Assembly (NCBI GenBank): GCA_965649825.1
Contig: OZ287699.1
Location: 1,208,477-1,272,476, forward strand
Reading direction: 5' to 3'
DNA length: 64,000 nucleotides
Source: Penicillus capitatus
Lineage: Eukaryota > Plantae > Chlorophyta
Shown here: one piece after another, positions 23,601 to 35,551 of the stretch
Layout: each line of letters starts with the position of its first letter
Position numbering within the stretch: the first letter of the stretch is position 1
Made by a program: the position numbers and the translations under genes
The notes under the pieces: model-generated
What the model was told of the DNA's origin: nothing
Database searches by the model: none
The model's input: only the letters and a program-made list of their open reading frames with translations

Positions 23601-26600
23601 TTTGCGTCTTTAGAAACAACAGAGGCGGATGACCAAGACAGCGAAGCAGCGCAGAACATGAGGCCTTCGTTTCTCACAGTGGTCTACACGTATGGATTCA
23701 ATCTTGCCTCTGGTATGACGGAGTGTGATGTTGATGCCGTTAGGTGGCTTGGCAACGATCAGAATCTCCAATTAGACATGCAGAAGCCCTTTATCTGTTT
23801 GGAACCCAGTTTTGTTCTGACGATTCTCAACTTCTTTGTGCCTTCCTACGAGTTCGGAACGTCTGCTCCCAAGGTCATTCGGTGCCAAAAGCAAGTGGTT
23901 TGACCTTTACTGTTTTGTAGGGGTTCTACACATTCGATATACGTTTAACAGAACGTCCTTTCATCGCTCAAGGGGACCTGTACCTCTCACCGCAAGTCAG
24001 GATCTTGGCAGACACTCCTGGGATACAGGCATTCGAGTTTGACGGCAACGGAAACAAGCTGATCCTACCAGAAGACATGTCGCCTCTCGATGCCATCCCC
24101 CTTATCCTTGTGGGACCCCAAAGAACGCTCGTTTTCAAAAACGTCACCATCGTGCATGCCTCCTCACTCAGTTCTGTTCTGCAGCTCAAAGCAGGTGAGC
24201 CTTGGTGCTCTGAGACATCGCATGTTTCTAAGGTCTTTGTTTTAGACGGCAGAATTTTGCTGAACGAAGAAGATGGTGTTCACTTGGTTGAGCACATGGA
24301 CAGACCTCCGGTCACCGTTAGCGGATCAAATCGTCTGCGCGGACGGTCCTCCTTAGCAACATCTCAGACAGGCAGCGATCCTGTTCGCCTTAGTTTCGAA
24401 ATCCGAGCACTAGGTCATCGGCAGCCTTCTTTTTTTCTGTACTCAGTATAGAAATGCATAGGGGTCAATGTGGAGCTGATTGATGTGACATCTGTCTGGC
24501 CTCCAGTTGAATCCGCCCAGGGAGAATTCATGAGCAAAATCCTGACAGGATTCGATCTGAAAATGTCCTGCAAAAAAGAGAATAAGGACACGACGGTGCA
24601 GGGTGACATCCACGGGTTTGTCATCGAAGCTGCCAAACACTGCGTGACAAACGACAGCTCAAAAACACCCGTAACCTTACAGTGTGCTCTCCGTTCGTGT
24701 CATGATGCCATGCAGGATGGAGTGGTCGATTGCAACACGATGTATCAACGCATCCTGGAACCTTGTGACGTGACAGCTGAGTTGGTTTGTACAGCGCAGT
24801 CGGAGAAAGCACACCTAACACTGGATCAATTCGTTGTGAATCTGAACCCAGAGTGTCTGAATATTGCCAGAGATGTCCAGACGCAGTTGCTGGATCCTTT
24901 GATGCAATCTCAGGCTGGTAAACCGACGGCTCCCTGCGTGGAATATCATGTTGTCTACACGATGGGCGACAACGTAGACGTGTCTAATGATGTGACGTTT
25001 TGGAGACCGCAGCCGCCACCTGGTTATGCCATCATGGGCGATGTTGTGATGATGGGACATCTCCCTCTCTCACGACAAGTAACACAGATCACTCATGACC
25101 GTCATCATCCAACGACTGCTCTCAGGCTCTCTGCCTTTCGCTGAGCAGTGGGTTCACGACATATCCATCGGGATTCGAACCCGTCTGGACATATCTGGAT
25201 CAGGTCACCGTATGGAATCCGATACCGCCGAATGGATATGTGGCTCTAGGATGCATTGCCCAGCCACATGGGCCATCCGGTAGAGTGCCCTAACAATGAA
25301 CCTTCGCCGCAGCTTCTTTGGATTTCTAGGCAATGCTGTGCCTCCTGCCGAAACATCCTGTGTCTGTGTGCATCAGCATCTCGTTGTGGAGGCATCTCTG
25401 AGTGCCTGTCTCTGGTTACACGAAAACGGTTCCCTCTGGGGCGTGGACAACGCAGCCATGACTTTCATCGTGGCCTCAGACAAGTCAATGCCTCCATTGC
25501 TGCTCTCTGATGGACAGTGGAATGATTCTGTAGGGAGTCCTTGCCATCGGGGCCCTACTTCAACCTCCGTTTTCCAATGGGAATGACTGTACCTGCCCTG
25601 ATGAAATCGAACTGCCTTGGCTGCCGTTGGTCCGATTCACATACAGAGCTTTCGAAGCGAGCCTATGATAGGTTCTTGCACGAACGGCTGACGAAGATGA
25701 AGGATGAAGCGTTTCAAGAAATGACGACCACGACTGTCGAGTTTCAGCGCATCTGGGTGGATCACGATTTGGCAGAAGGCACAAGTACAGGTATCTGGAG
25801 ACCCATTGCTCCTCCAGGCTATCGTCCACTGGGCGATGCTATTCAACTGAGGGACACCGTTCAACCCAGAAGCGCCCACGTCTTCTATGTTGGCGTCGGG
25901 AGTGCCGGAAGCTCAGAAGAGGGCGCCATGTTTACAGAGCCCAAAGGCTTCGTGAGCGTATTCCAAGAAACGTCACATCGATCCAGGACATTGACGATCT
26001 GGATCCCGGTCCCTCAAGAAGGATACAGAGCTCTGGGCTGCATCGCCTCGTTCGACAACTCGCCTCCGAATCCCAACGCCGTCTGGTGAGGGAGACTCTT
26101 TTTTGTCGTTGTTTGGATGGAGGGGTTCTGTAGCTGTGCACGAAATGACCTGGTGACGTTGTCTATGTCAGAAGGGGTGACGAAACCAGCTTCGCATCTG
26201 ATGCCTCTCAAGAAACACCTCTTTCTGTGGGAGATCGATCCGCGTAGCGGGACATTCTGGGCAGCAGCAGAAGAGAATGCAGTTGCCATGTCGCAGCTGC
26301 CAAGGCTCAAGAGATTTGAAGAGATCTTCAGAGATGCCTCCCTATCTTCGGAGTCCTACCGAACGCGAGCTAACGAATGGAGTTTTGAATTTGGTACTCG
26401 CTGTGTCTTGAGACAAGGCTGTGGGAATGGATGTTGTGTGATCAGGTCCGAGCAGTATCCAGATTCGAGATTTGAGTCAGCTGCCCATTGCCGAGATCGG
26501 AATTCACAAATTTTCGTTGACTGCTTTGCAAACGACACTTATCTCCAAGACATACGCTTCGCTGAACATCTCAGCCTATTCCCACAATGCACTCTGCAAA

Positions 26601-29600
26601 GAGTGGGAACCCATTCTGCTGCCGACGAATCTGCTTATGAATTACAAACACAACCTGTCAGCTTTTGTGCGTCTATGACTGCCGATGCCGTCGAGAATCG
26701 TTGGGAGTGGTTCTGTAGGAGACAGAAGGAATACTGCCAGGGAGAAATCTGAAGATCACGGCTACGGAAGCAAATGCCGTTCAGCTCATCGTAGCAGCCA
26801 ATCCACTGAAAAGACTGATCGATTCCGTCACGGAATGGACCGGGACAACGGCATGCCGCCAAGGCAAGGCGGTCAACATCTTTGGAGAAATGCAACCGGG
26901 TGTTGTCACAGGGGTCTCACTCCATCATCGTCTGACAGAGAATGCGGCGACGATGCGCAACACGATGGTGACGAATACGTTGGGCCAGTCGGTCGAGATG
27001 CAGTGCGATTACGGATGGGAACAGAAAGTGTTCCTGATTGAACCCAGCGCATGCAAATCAATCCCAACGCCGTTACCAGCTCTTCCGAGAAGGCACCAAC
27101 GTATGGAATCGCACGAGCAAGAAAGAAGAGAACTGCTTGGCATCGGTATCCAGAAGGTGCAGCATCTTGGACAGAGGATCGAAGAGCTGAGCGTCTTGAT
27201 CAAGCGAGCTTTCTGCTTGAGGAGCATTCTCTGCTGATGATTATACCTTGTCTAGGAAACGAAGAGACACGCCACAGGAAGATATCCATCTCTTCTGGAC
27301 TCGGCCACGATCAGCGATGGAAGACTCTTGTGTTCTGTGGCATCAAGAGACAGTGACTGTCCATGCAGTTGACAAACATCCCTGCACTCTTATCTTTGAA
27401 TTGAGGGAATCCTCGAACGGTATCCAACGAGAAGTGGATGCCGTAGAGCTTCAGTTGGATCACATCGAATGGACGATGGCTTCAGAGAGCTATCGCAGTG
27501 ACAATGTCCATCTGACACTCGATCTGCCTAAGGGAGGGCAACTCATGTTGTACCTGTTCAAAGAAATCTCGATGCACGGATCGTCATCGATGCATCTCTG
27601 CCATCAGCATCGGAGAAAAGGTGTTGATGAGATGGCCAAAGTCCTTTTCGGTTATTGATGGAGTGATGCAGGAGATCGCACACTGAGTTTGGTATCCGAT
27701 GTCGATTGGTCACCGATTCCGGTGGGCGGCATTCATCGCCAAGGCCCTCCAGCCAACGCACCAGTGTCTTATGCCTCATCACCGTCTTCTCTCATTCCTT
27801 TGAAGCTCAGAGATGGGATCATCATTGAGACGTCATTCAAAGATGGGTTCCGTCATGAGACGATACGAAGCAATGGCGCATTTCTGAACGCCACGGCCGT
27901 GGATCTGGAGGTCTCATCGGCCTCTATCTATGATCGATCTCCACGATTCGTTTCTTAGGTCCGTCTGGCCCGCGAAGGACAAAGCTCGAAAGATCCGGAC
28001 GCGAATATCAGCTCGACCGGCTATGCCTTTGTCGAAGAACAGGTCTACGAGAACGAGCGTTACTTGCCAATAGTGAAATGGTCTTCTCGAATACTGACGG
28101 ATCCCAAAAGATATTCTCTCTCATTTAACGGCGCCGGCTCCTCAGAGACATTTCCTGAATTTGAGCTTCCGCGTGGATGGGAATGGGAAGGCCCATGGAG
28201 AATCGACACCTCTGAACATGTGCATCCGGAAGAAGGATGGGCCTACCATCTGGACTTTCATGCAATTACGTGGCCTCCCAGAAGAGGATCCGAAAAGAAA
28301 ACAATGTTCACACATGTACGACAGAGGCGTTGGATCCGAAGAAGAGTAAAAGCCGTCAGTGCAAATCTCTCTTCCCTTGTACCGCTTCCTATCGCTGTCT
28401 CCCGCATATGAGTTGTATTCTCGCAGAGTGGTGATGTATTGGGAACCGTGTCTCCTGGCAGCTCTTTGCCTCTGCCGCTGAACTGGTCCAAAGGGAGATA
28501 CATTCTACAAGCGCGTCCGGTGATCCACGGCGGTCGATGGCACGAATGGAGTTCTGTTCCATGCACAAAGGAATCCAAGTTCACCTTGTCCGATCTCGAA
28601 AAAGGTTCAAACTGCGATCGGTACTGGCCTGCAGAAAACAGAGATGTGTCTTGTGGTCTTAGGCCATGCAACACTGTGCGTTTGTCAAGTGACAGATGCC
28701 AGTCAAGAACATTCGAGGATGGACGTCGACTGGAACATACAGTCGAGTTTCTGGATGAGTTTTATGGTGGAGCACGAGAAGTTGCCTCTCGCTGGATCGT
28801 TAGAGACAGTGACAGACTGGACCATTGTTGCTCATCCGCCCATGACGATCCACAACTCGCTGAAACTTGCTGCTACCTATCTCATATGGGAGCGCAGTGG
28901 ACCATCAGGTTTGAATGCCGTTGGGTCTTCCTCGACAACAATGGACTGCCAAACAGAGGAACTGAGATTGAAGCAACAGGCAGTCTGCTCAGCAGAGAGC
29001 GTCATTCCGATTCACACAACGGACAGTCGCAAAGAAGTGGCACTGTCTTTCTACCCAGAAGGATACGACTTTGGAGAATCGGAGCCAGTGACTGTGAGCT
29101 ATGGATGTTCTCAGGTCTGCTGTCGGCTCTTCTGTTTCCCGACAACAGAGATGTGGTGGTTCAGTGTGCTGCAGGCGTAGGTGGGCCTCAACTACTGCCG
29201 CTGAGTATGAAGGTCAATCGAAATGGCAGTCGGTCGTCGATCATGGTCGAGCGGATCGTCGACTCAGGCGTATACCAACAGGAGAAATGCTTGGATCCGG
29301 GTTTACACACATCTTCAGCGTTTTTCTGTAAATGCAGTGTACGCTTTAGGGGCGGCTGTTGCTCAGGGCTACCCACTGCTCCTTCGATTGTATACTCCGC
29401 TATGGATCATCAACAAAACAAACGTTGTTCCTCACTGTTCCACCAGCGGGACTGTTCATCTAACGTCTGTCTTCAGGCATCGATCGATGTGGCTGTCGTG
29501 GGGTGGAATCCGAATCGATCAGATATTACGCGAACGTTAGCCGCCGGGGAATGGTCACAGACGGCTGGGAAAATGGCAGATAAGGAATCGATGATGGCAA

Positions 29601-32600
29601 GGGGCATTCAGTCCTTTGCCCATGATCATCACGTGTGCCTTAGGTTCTGGAATCTGTTCCAAACCAACCGTTCTCCTCGGCCGAAGCGCATGCACAGTGC
29701 ATTGTGGCCAGTCATCGATCAGGATTCCTATCCTATCCAATGGATGATCGGATACAGTACGGCGTGCGCTTAACAGTGATCGGGTCCAATCCTCTGTATC
29801 CTCTGGCACTGACACAGAAGGGTGCACAAGGTCAGGAATGTGGTCTGTCTTACCTATGGCAAGGATTCGTGTGGTGTCCAGGAAAGCGGCCGCTGGGACG
29901 ATCTTCAGATGCAGGTTTCCTCGAAGCCAAAAGAATTCTCATGAAGGCTTCCGTGCCTGGACGCCTGAACAAAGTCTTTATGATTGTCGCCAGTCTTGCT
30001 GTCACAAGTGCGTTGCTCTCGTGGATGGCTGGATGGACGCATGAGAATCTGTGTGATGATTCAGGCTCGGGTCTCATTCGGTGTTCCACCCTGCAACTGG
30101 AACCTTACTTAACCGTCGCAAATCAAACGGGAACAACATTGTATCTATGGCAGCCGTTTGTTGACGATCCTGCCAGAACATCGAGCAGAAGACCGATTGA
30201 ACTAACAGAAAGAGGCACAGCGGCCGAAACTGGACAGCCTCATGAACAGAACAAAGGAATCCAGACCATCCCGGCAGGCAAGGCGACTGCCTTAGAGAAC
30301 AACATGCATGAGTAGGTGCACAACAGGATTTGTTGGAATGGAGCTGCACGGTTGTCTGAATCGCAAACCTGGCGAGTACCATGTCTGCGCGACAGATTTC
30401 CAGACCAAAGAGGCATTCGATTGGAGCGTACCCTTTTCTATCCGCAGCGAACAAACAGGTCCCTCACGGATATCACACACAGCAATTGCTCAGTTGATTT
30501 GACAGGCGATTTTTATTTGGTACTGTCTCGCCAGAAGAGACGGGAGGAGAATTTGATAGACATGGACGACGAGCTGACATCCAAACTGGACACAGTCCTG
30601 CATTACAGAGTCCAAAGCTTGGGAGAAGGAAGAATTCTGGTGACGTTCATGATGTTGGGATCACCACCTCCTTTCGTCATCGAAAACAGAACGCTCCACA
30701 CTTTTGCCTTTACACAAGAAGGTACAGGCGTTCCATCTATGGATGGCAGCAGGTTTTTCTTCAAATTCCGTGTTCTGCAGTCATTGGCCGTGCCATGCCA
30801 GAGATAACAGTCAACCCCTTGTCTGCCATCGGATGGACAACGCCCTTTGTCATGTGCAATGCACCGAATGCCATTGTGCGAGACAAACAGATCGCTGAGG
30901 CCTCGGATGCACACCAGCATAGCTTTTGCCTGGAGACAGATAAGAGTCTACTCACGCTAAGTGCGTTGCACAAGGCAGCCTTTCCTTTTCGCATGTCTCT
31001 TCGCGCAGGCACTCAAGATCAGACAAGCAGCTTGATTCCACTCGCCAATAGCAGTGACTATGCTGTCATAGAGGTGAGAGATCAGCACATCGTCTGTATT
31101 CCTTATCTCTGGTGGCGCAGGTGATGGATGTCGAAGATGTATACGATCACTACTCCGCTTACCAAACACTCGACGATTCTCTGCAGCTTCAATGGGGCCA
31201 CGAACGCGTTGTCCGTTTCTATCCGCACCAGAATGCGCTTGTTCAGAACGCACACTTGATGCACCGTTTGTCTACGTGGTGATCGGCATCTCTTGAGAAC
31301 GTTGCTGGATGTGCAGGGGCCTCCAGTGCAACTTCTCCTTCGTCCATGACAATCTACACCAAGATCGATGCCCTCAGTGTGTCCTTTGTGGATCAGCATC
31401 CCTGTGAGCTGCTGCTGCTTGGGATGGATGATCTCATTGTCGAAACGCGTTGTGGCCTCGGTCTGTGTTTCTGCAGGGCACCGTGGATCGATAACGGGCT
31501 TGTCTGCATGCAGGGCCAAGAGGACAGCATTCGGAATTGAGAATCGGCATCAAGAGTGCTCAATTGGATGATCAGTTACTGGGATCCTCTTTTCCGGTGT
31601 TGGCGAAGCATTGGACGAAGGCAAAAGGAAAACTCAACAGAGACAAGCTCTTTAGCTGCTCTATCGTCCGCGAAGCAGGTCTGCATCATGGACGGCTGCG
31701 GTGAAGCACAGAACATAGATCTGTCTGTTCAGAACATGACGGTCTTCTTTAGGTGTCCGTCAATTGTCAGCAGACTGGGAAATCTCGACATTTCGGTGCA
31801 CGAACCTATTGTCTGGCGCATTTATGACATGCTGACAACGATGGGATGCATTCAGGAATCCACAAAAACGTCACCAAACTCCATCGTATCCACCCTCGAT
31901 TACTCCATAGAGATGCCGAGACAGTCTTGCTTAACAGGGTGGAAACCTGGACATCGAGATGGATGTGATCCTGTTGCTCATTTGTGGCATGTGTGTGAGT
32001 GTCAGTACCAGAATGGAGCCAACTTCACGTCCACGAACCATCACATCTCAAGCTGTGGCACTTGGATTGGAATTTGCTAACGTGGATGACGTCGAGGTCC
32101 GTCTCCATCTGTCTAAACCATAAGTTTGCACCAAACAAGCGTGGACAGATTCCTCTTCGTGGATACGAGAGGCAGAATATCCGAGAGCCAGCATCCAAAG
32201 TGTGGGACGGAATTGGCTCGCATCTCAGAGATCAGACGTGGAGGGCCCTGTTTAATCTACTGGAATTCTATCTCACAATTGGAGGCGTCTCTCAGGTTGT
32301 GTAAACAGTCCATCTTTCCGATCGCATGCTGATTGATCTCTTGTACAGGCCCTCTCTGCCGTAGGCAAGGTGATCAAGAAACCTGTGGAGAGTCCACAAC
32401 AATCATCCGATTCGGGCACATCGTCGAAAGTGGAATCACTGCATGGCGGTTTTCTAGGAGGTCTATCTCTATCTCTCCATGCTTGCACCCATTTGGCGCT
32501 TTAGGCGGCACGGCCTTGGCAAAGGGAGTGTTTACTGGGGTGACAGGTGTGATGAGTCAGCCTCTCGAAGGAGCTAAACGCGATGGCATGAAAGGACTTG

Positions 32601-34289
32601 TTACAGGATTCGGCAAAGTGCGGCTTCTGGTTACGGGGCATCTCTTCATTCCTGACGATGGATGGTTTAGGGAATTGTTGGTGTCGCAGCTAAGCCGATG
32701 AGTGGTGTTCTCGAAGCTGCCTCACAGGTCACCCAAGGCATCGATGTCTTCAAGGACAACATCACCTCCAAAATCACGCGTAGGCTCAGCGCTTTACTGT
32801 CTTCTCTGAGAAAGCGCGTTCAGGGCGGTCTGAGATTCCGAGTGTGAGACGGAGACTTCCGCTCTGCATTAAAGGCGATCGATTGGTCCGACCGTATGTA
32901 GCGGTGACAAATCTTGTCCGTCGTTACCGATGTCGATATCCTGGTTTGTGTAGCACGCCTCTCTGGGACAGTGGCTGATGTTTGAAGCCAGTATGACGGA
33001 TAAACGCCATCGCAAGGCTCCTGAATCTGTTACTGAATACTATGAAGGCCATGCCGTTCTGTCAGCATCCGCCGCCATTCTCTGGACAAGCGAAAAGATC
33101 TGCATCCTCCACGGCGGTGCCCTCCACTGACCTGTAACGAAGAATACAGGATCGATTGTTGTGTTTAGAAATCGAGCCCTGGCATGGACGCGCCTTGCTG
33201 AATACTCCAGATTCACGGCTACAGTGTCCGCATGTCTCCATTCACTGGATGTGTCCGTGGAAGGACCTTCTCTCTGTGAATGTCTCTGTGTCATCCGAAA
33301 GCGAAGTCTCGACAAAACCAGAGCGTCTAGAAATCCATCCGAAGACGATCGCCTCGTACAAGACTGGATACTTTATCATCCAAGACATCAGACTTGGAAA
33401 CGTAAGATAGAAAAGGCCAGTTCATTAGGATACGGTTCGGTGACCTTAGGCCAGAAAAATTCAAGCTTCCGTCTGGAAGGCTGCTCAGAGTTATGGAGTG
33501 CTCTCAACGACGATTCCTGAAATCCCAGTTCGTCAGATGAGTGGAATGGACCTTAAGACACCCACTCTCGCGCCGACAATGACATGTCCAGGCTTCAATC
33601 ATATCTGGCAAACATTTGACAATGCTATGGGCGTCTCCATTTGGAGACCTGTTCTCCTGAGAGGTACGGTCTTGGATGTACACCAAAGATGATGCAAGAG
33701 GTATCTCTGGATGCAGGATACGTTCGATTGGGCGATGTCGTTGTCGAGGGCGAAGTGCACGTGCCAGAACGCGTGGCGATTTTCTTAGATGACGGACCCG
33801 TTACGAAAGAGGACAGTCAAGCGAGAGTGATGCCACCCGTCGCTTTCAATCTTGTCTTCAGAGATAGGCGTGAAAATTCAGACCCTGTCTCCATATGGCA
33901 ACCGATACCGCCTGTACCGCCTGACACGGAATGACTCCAAATCGTCACGCACTGTCTGTTCTAGACTGGCTACGTTGCCGTGGGATGCATTGTCCATGCT
34001 GATTTGGAAATGCCTGCTTTGACATCCATGCACTGTCTGAGGGAAGATCTAACCGTTCCTGACAAACTGTGCCCACTCCATATCTGGCAGAAGGCCAGCA
34101 CCACAGTAAGGACCCCCTCTGTGCTGACACATGATCAAGATGCGGGTGCAATGACAGGTGGCAGATTTATCGTGTGTCCTGTGGAAAACAAGAAACAACA
34201 CCGTGGGATCATTCATTGCCATGCCAACCAGTCAAAGTCCAACACCACGACACACCAGAATACCTGATCTGCAGAAACTTGAAAGATAA
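17645..34289 (+). CDS. VPS13: VPS13 bridge-like lipid transfer protein (chorein-N, PH, Vps62-like repeats, Dysferlin/Pex-like, VAB/SHR-BD, ATG2_C-like); many introns
   Basis: MFEAQALYYLKKYLGRYV..SVWQGNVVL chorein start; FWRPQPPPGYAIMGD and IWRPIAPPGYRPLGD repeats; LPRGWEWEGPW..RQRRWIRRR; GVTGVMSQPLEGAKRDGMKGLVTGFGK. 3' end approximate. Confidence 0.92.
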
Positions 34290-34517
34290 CAGCATCGCTC
34301 GTCCTTGTCCAATCGAATCGTGCTGTTCATATTATGACTGCACAGTACCATAGCAATAGGAGGAATCAACCGAACAGTGGGCGTTTATCATTGTGCGAAC
34401 GTGGGTGGACATGTGTGAAATGACTTTAAAGTGCATACCATGGTACTGAAGGGTGGGATGAGGTATTGGCTACTTGGAATGCCGACGGAAGAGTTGGCGT
34501 GGTTCCCCTGTTCCTTT

Positions 34518-34637
34518 GAGCTTCCATCATTCAACCGTGAATGCACCCGATCCCTTCAGAACTCGGAAGTTAAGCGCGGTTTGGGGTCAGTAGTACTGCC
34601 ATGAGTGATCTGGCGGGAAATCGACCTGTGGAAGCTT
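34518..34637 (+). rRNA. 5S rRNA: 5S rRNA gene, single copy in window
   Basis: About 120 nt; terminal stem GAGCTTCCA/TGGAAGCTT; conserved GATCCC.TCAGAACTC, box A AGTTAAGC, box C region AGTAGTACT..ATG.GTGA; helices kept by compensatory changes; followed by a T run. Confidence 0.93.
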
Positions 34638-34692
34638 TTGCTGTCTACTCATATAGCATCGTCGTCACTACCTTCGTAGCAGACGTTTTTTT
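34636..34692 (+). terminator. Pol III terminators: T4 at 34636-34639 and backup T7 at 34686-34692
   Basis: Oligo-T runs directly after the 5S gene. Confidence 0.65.
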
Positions 34693-34770
34693 CGCAGAGT
34701 GGACACGTCAAATCACCGCCCACTTCCATCCCAATAACCGTCCCTTTGAAAGACGGTGCCCCAAAGGAAG

Positions 34771-35329
34771 ATGCAGATGTAATTCGTCTCAATCGTCACT
34801 CAAACGACAGTTCATTGTCACACAGTTTAGATCACTGCTGCCGCCTTCTAACAAACGCAGAGGTCCGAAAGGTGAACCTGCTGTCGTCGACCACGTGTTA
34901 GTCGAGACGACTAGAGTTCACTTTGGCAGATCTTGTTGGAAAGGAATGCAGATTGTAGGGAATCGAGAACAGCAGTTCCCTCAGAAAAGAAGGCATTCAT
35001 TCCTCTGCCTTCGCTTCCTGTCGATCGAGGACCACTGGTGTAGGTGTACGAGTATCTGACATTGCAGGAGAGGGACTCCGTGAGGGATACAGCTTTGCTG
35101 TCTTTCAGAGAGAAGGCCATTGCCGTAGCGAATTCTTATTTACCGATCGTGGTAATGAGATGGACCGTTTCAGGATTTTGGCCTGCTCGAGGCAGAAGTG
35201 CTGCAGTTGATGAACCTGAGGCCAGATTCAGAACTCGAGCTGCCTCTCATCATCGAGCAATGCGAAGATCGACTCACAGAGGAACAAATCGAACATCTGA
35301 TGGCACTGCTCCGACAGACCTTCACTTAA
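34771..35329 (+). CDS. RPC9: RNA polymerase III subunit RPC9/C17 (CRCP, Rpb4 family); 5 exons, 117 aa; missed by the ORF track
   Basis: Exons 34771-34778, 34826-34871, 34930-34992, 35044-35124, 35174-35329 give MQILDHCCRLLTNAEV..SEKKVYEYL..EAEVLQLMNLRPDSELELPLIIEQCEDRLTEEQIEHLM, the RPC9 rather than RPB4 pattern. Confidence 0.85.
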
Positions 35330-35551
35330 TCTGCCTTCCACCGCAATGGCCATTCTCTCTCTGACAGACAACTTGCCGACGGTGGAGACTTAGCTTCAGA
35401 GACAGTGCCTCTTGTTGCATCACATAAATCTCTTTGGCCATCTCAAGAAGCCAATCTCTATTTGAAGCACATGAGTGCGAGATTATACAGATGAGTGCGT
35501 CTTAGGCCTCATTCATTGAGCAGCTTTCCTTTCTTACATACATCCCCTGGA

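Noticed and set aside
33500-34289. Extra Vps62-like repeats at the VPS13 C-terminus
   Set aside because: As recalled, similar accessory domains occur in plant VPS13 proteins; not clearly new.
34601-35059. 152-aa ORF overlapping the 5S gene
   Set aside because: It runs through the 5S 3' end and RPC9 introns; the spliced RPC9 model explains the region.
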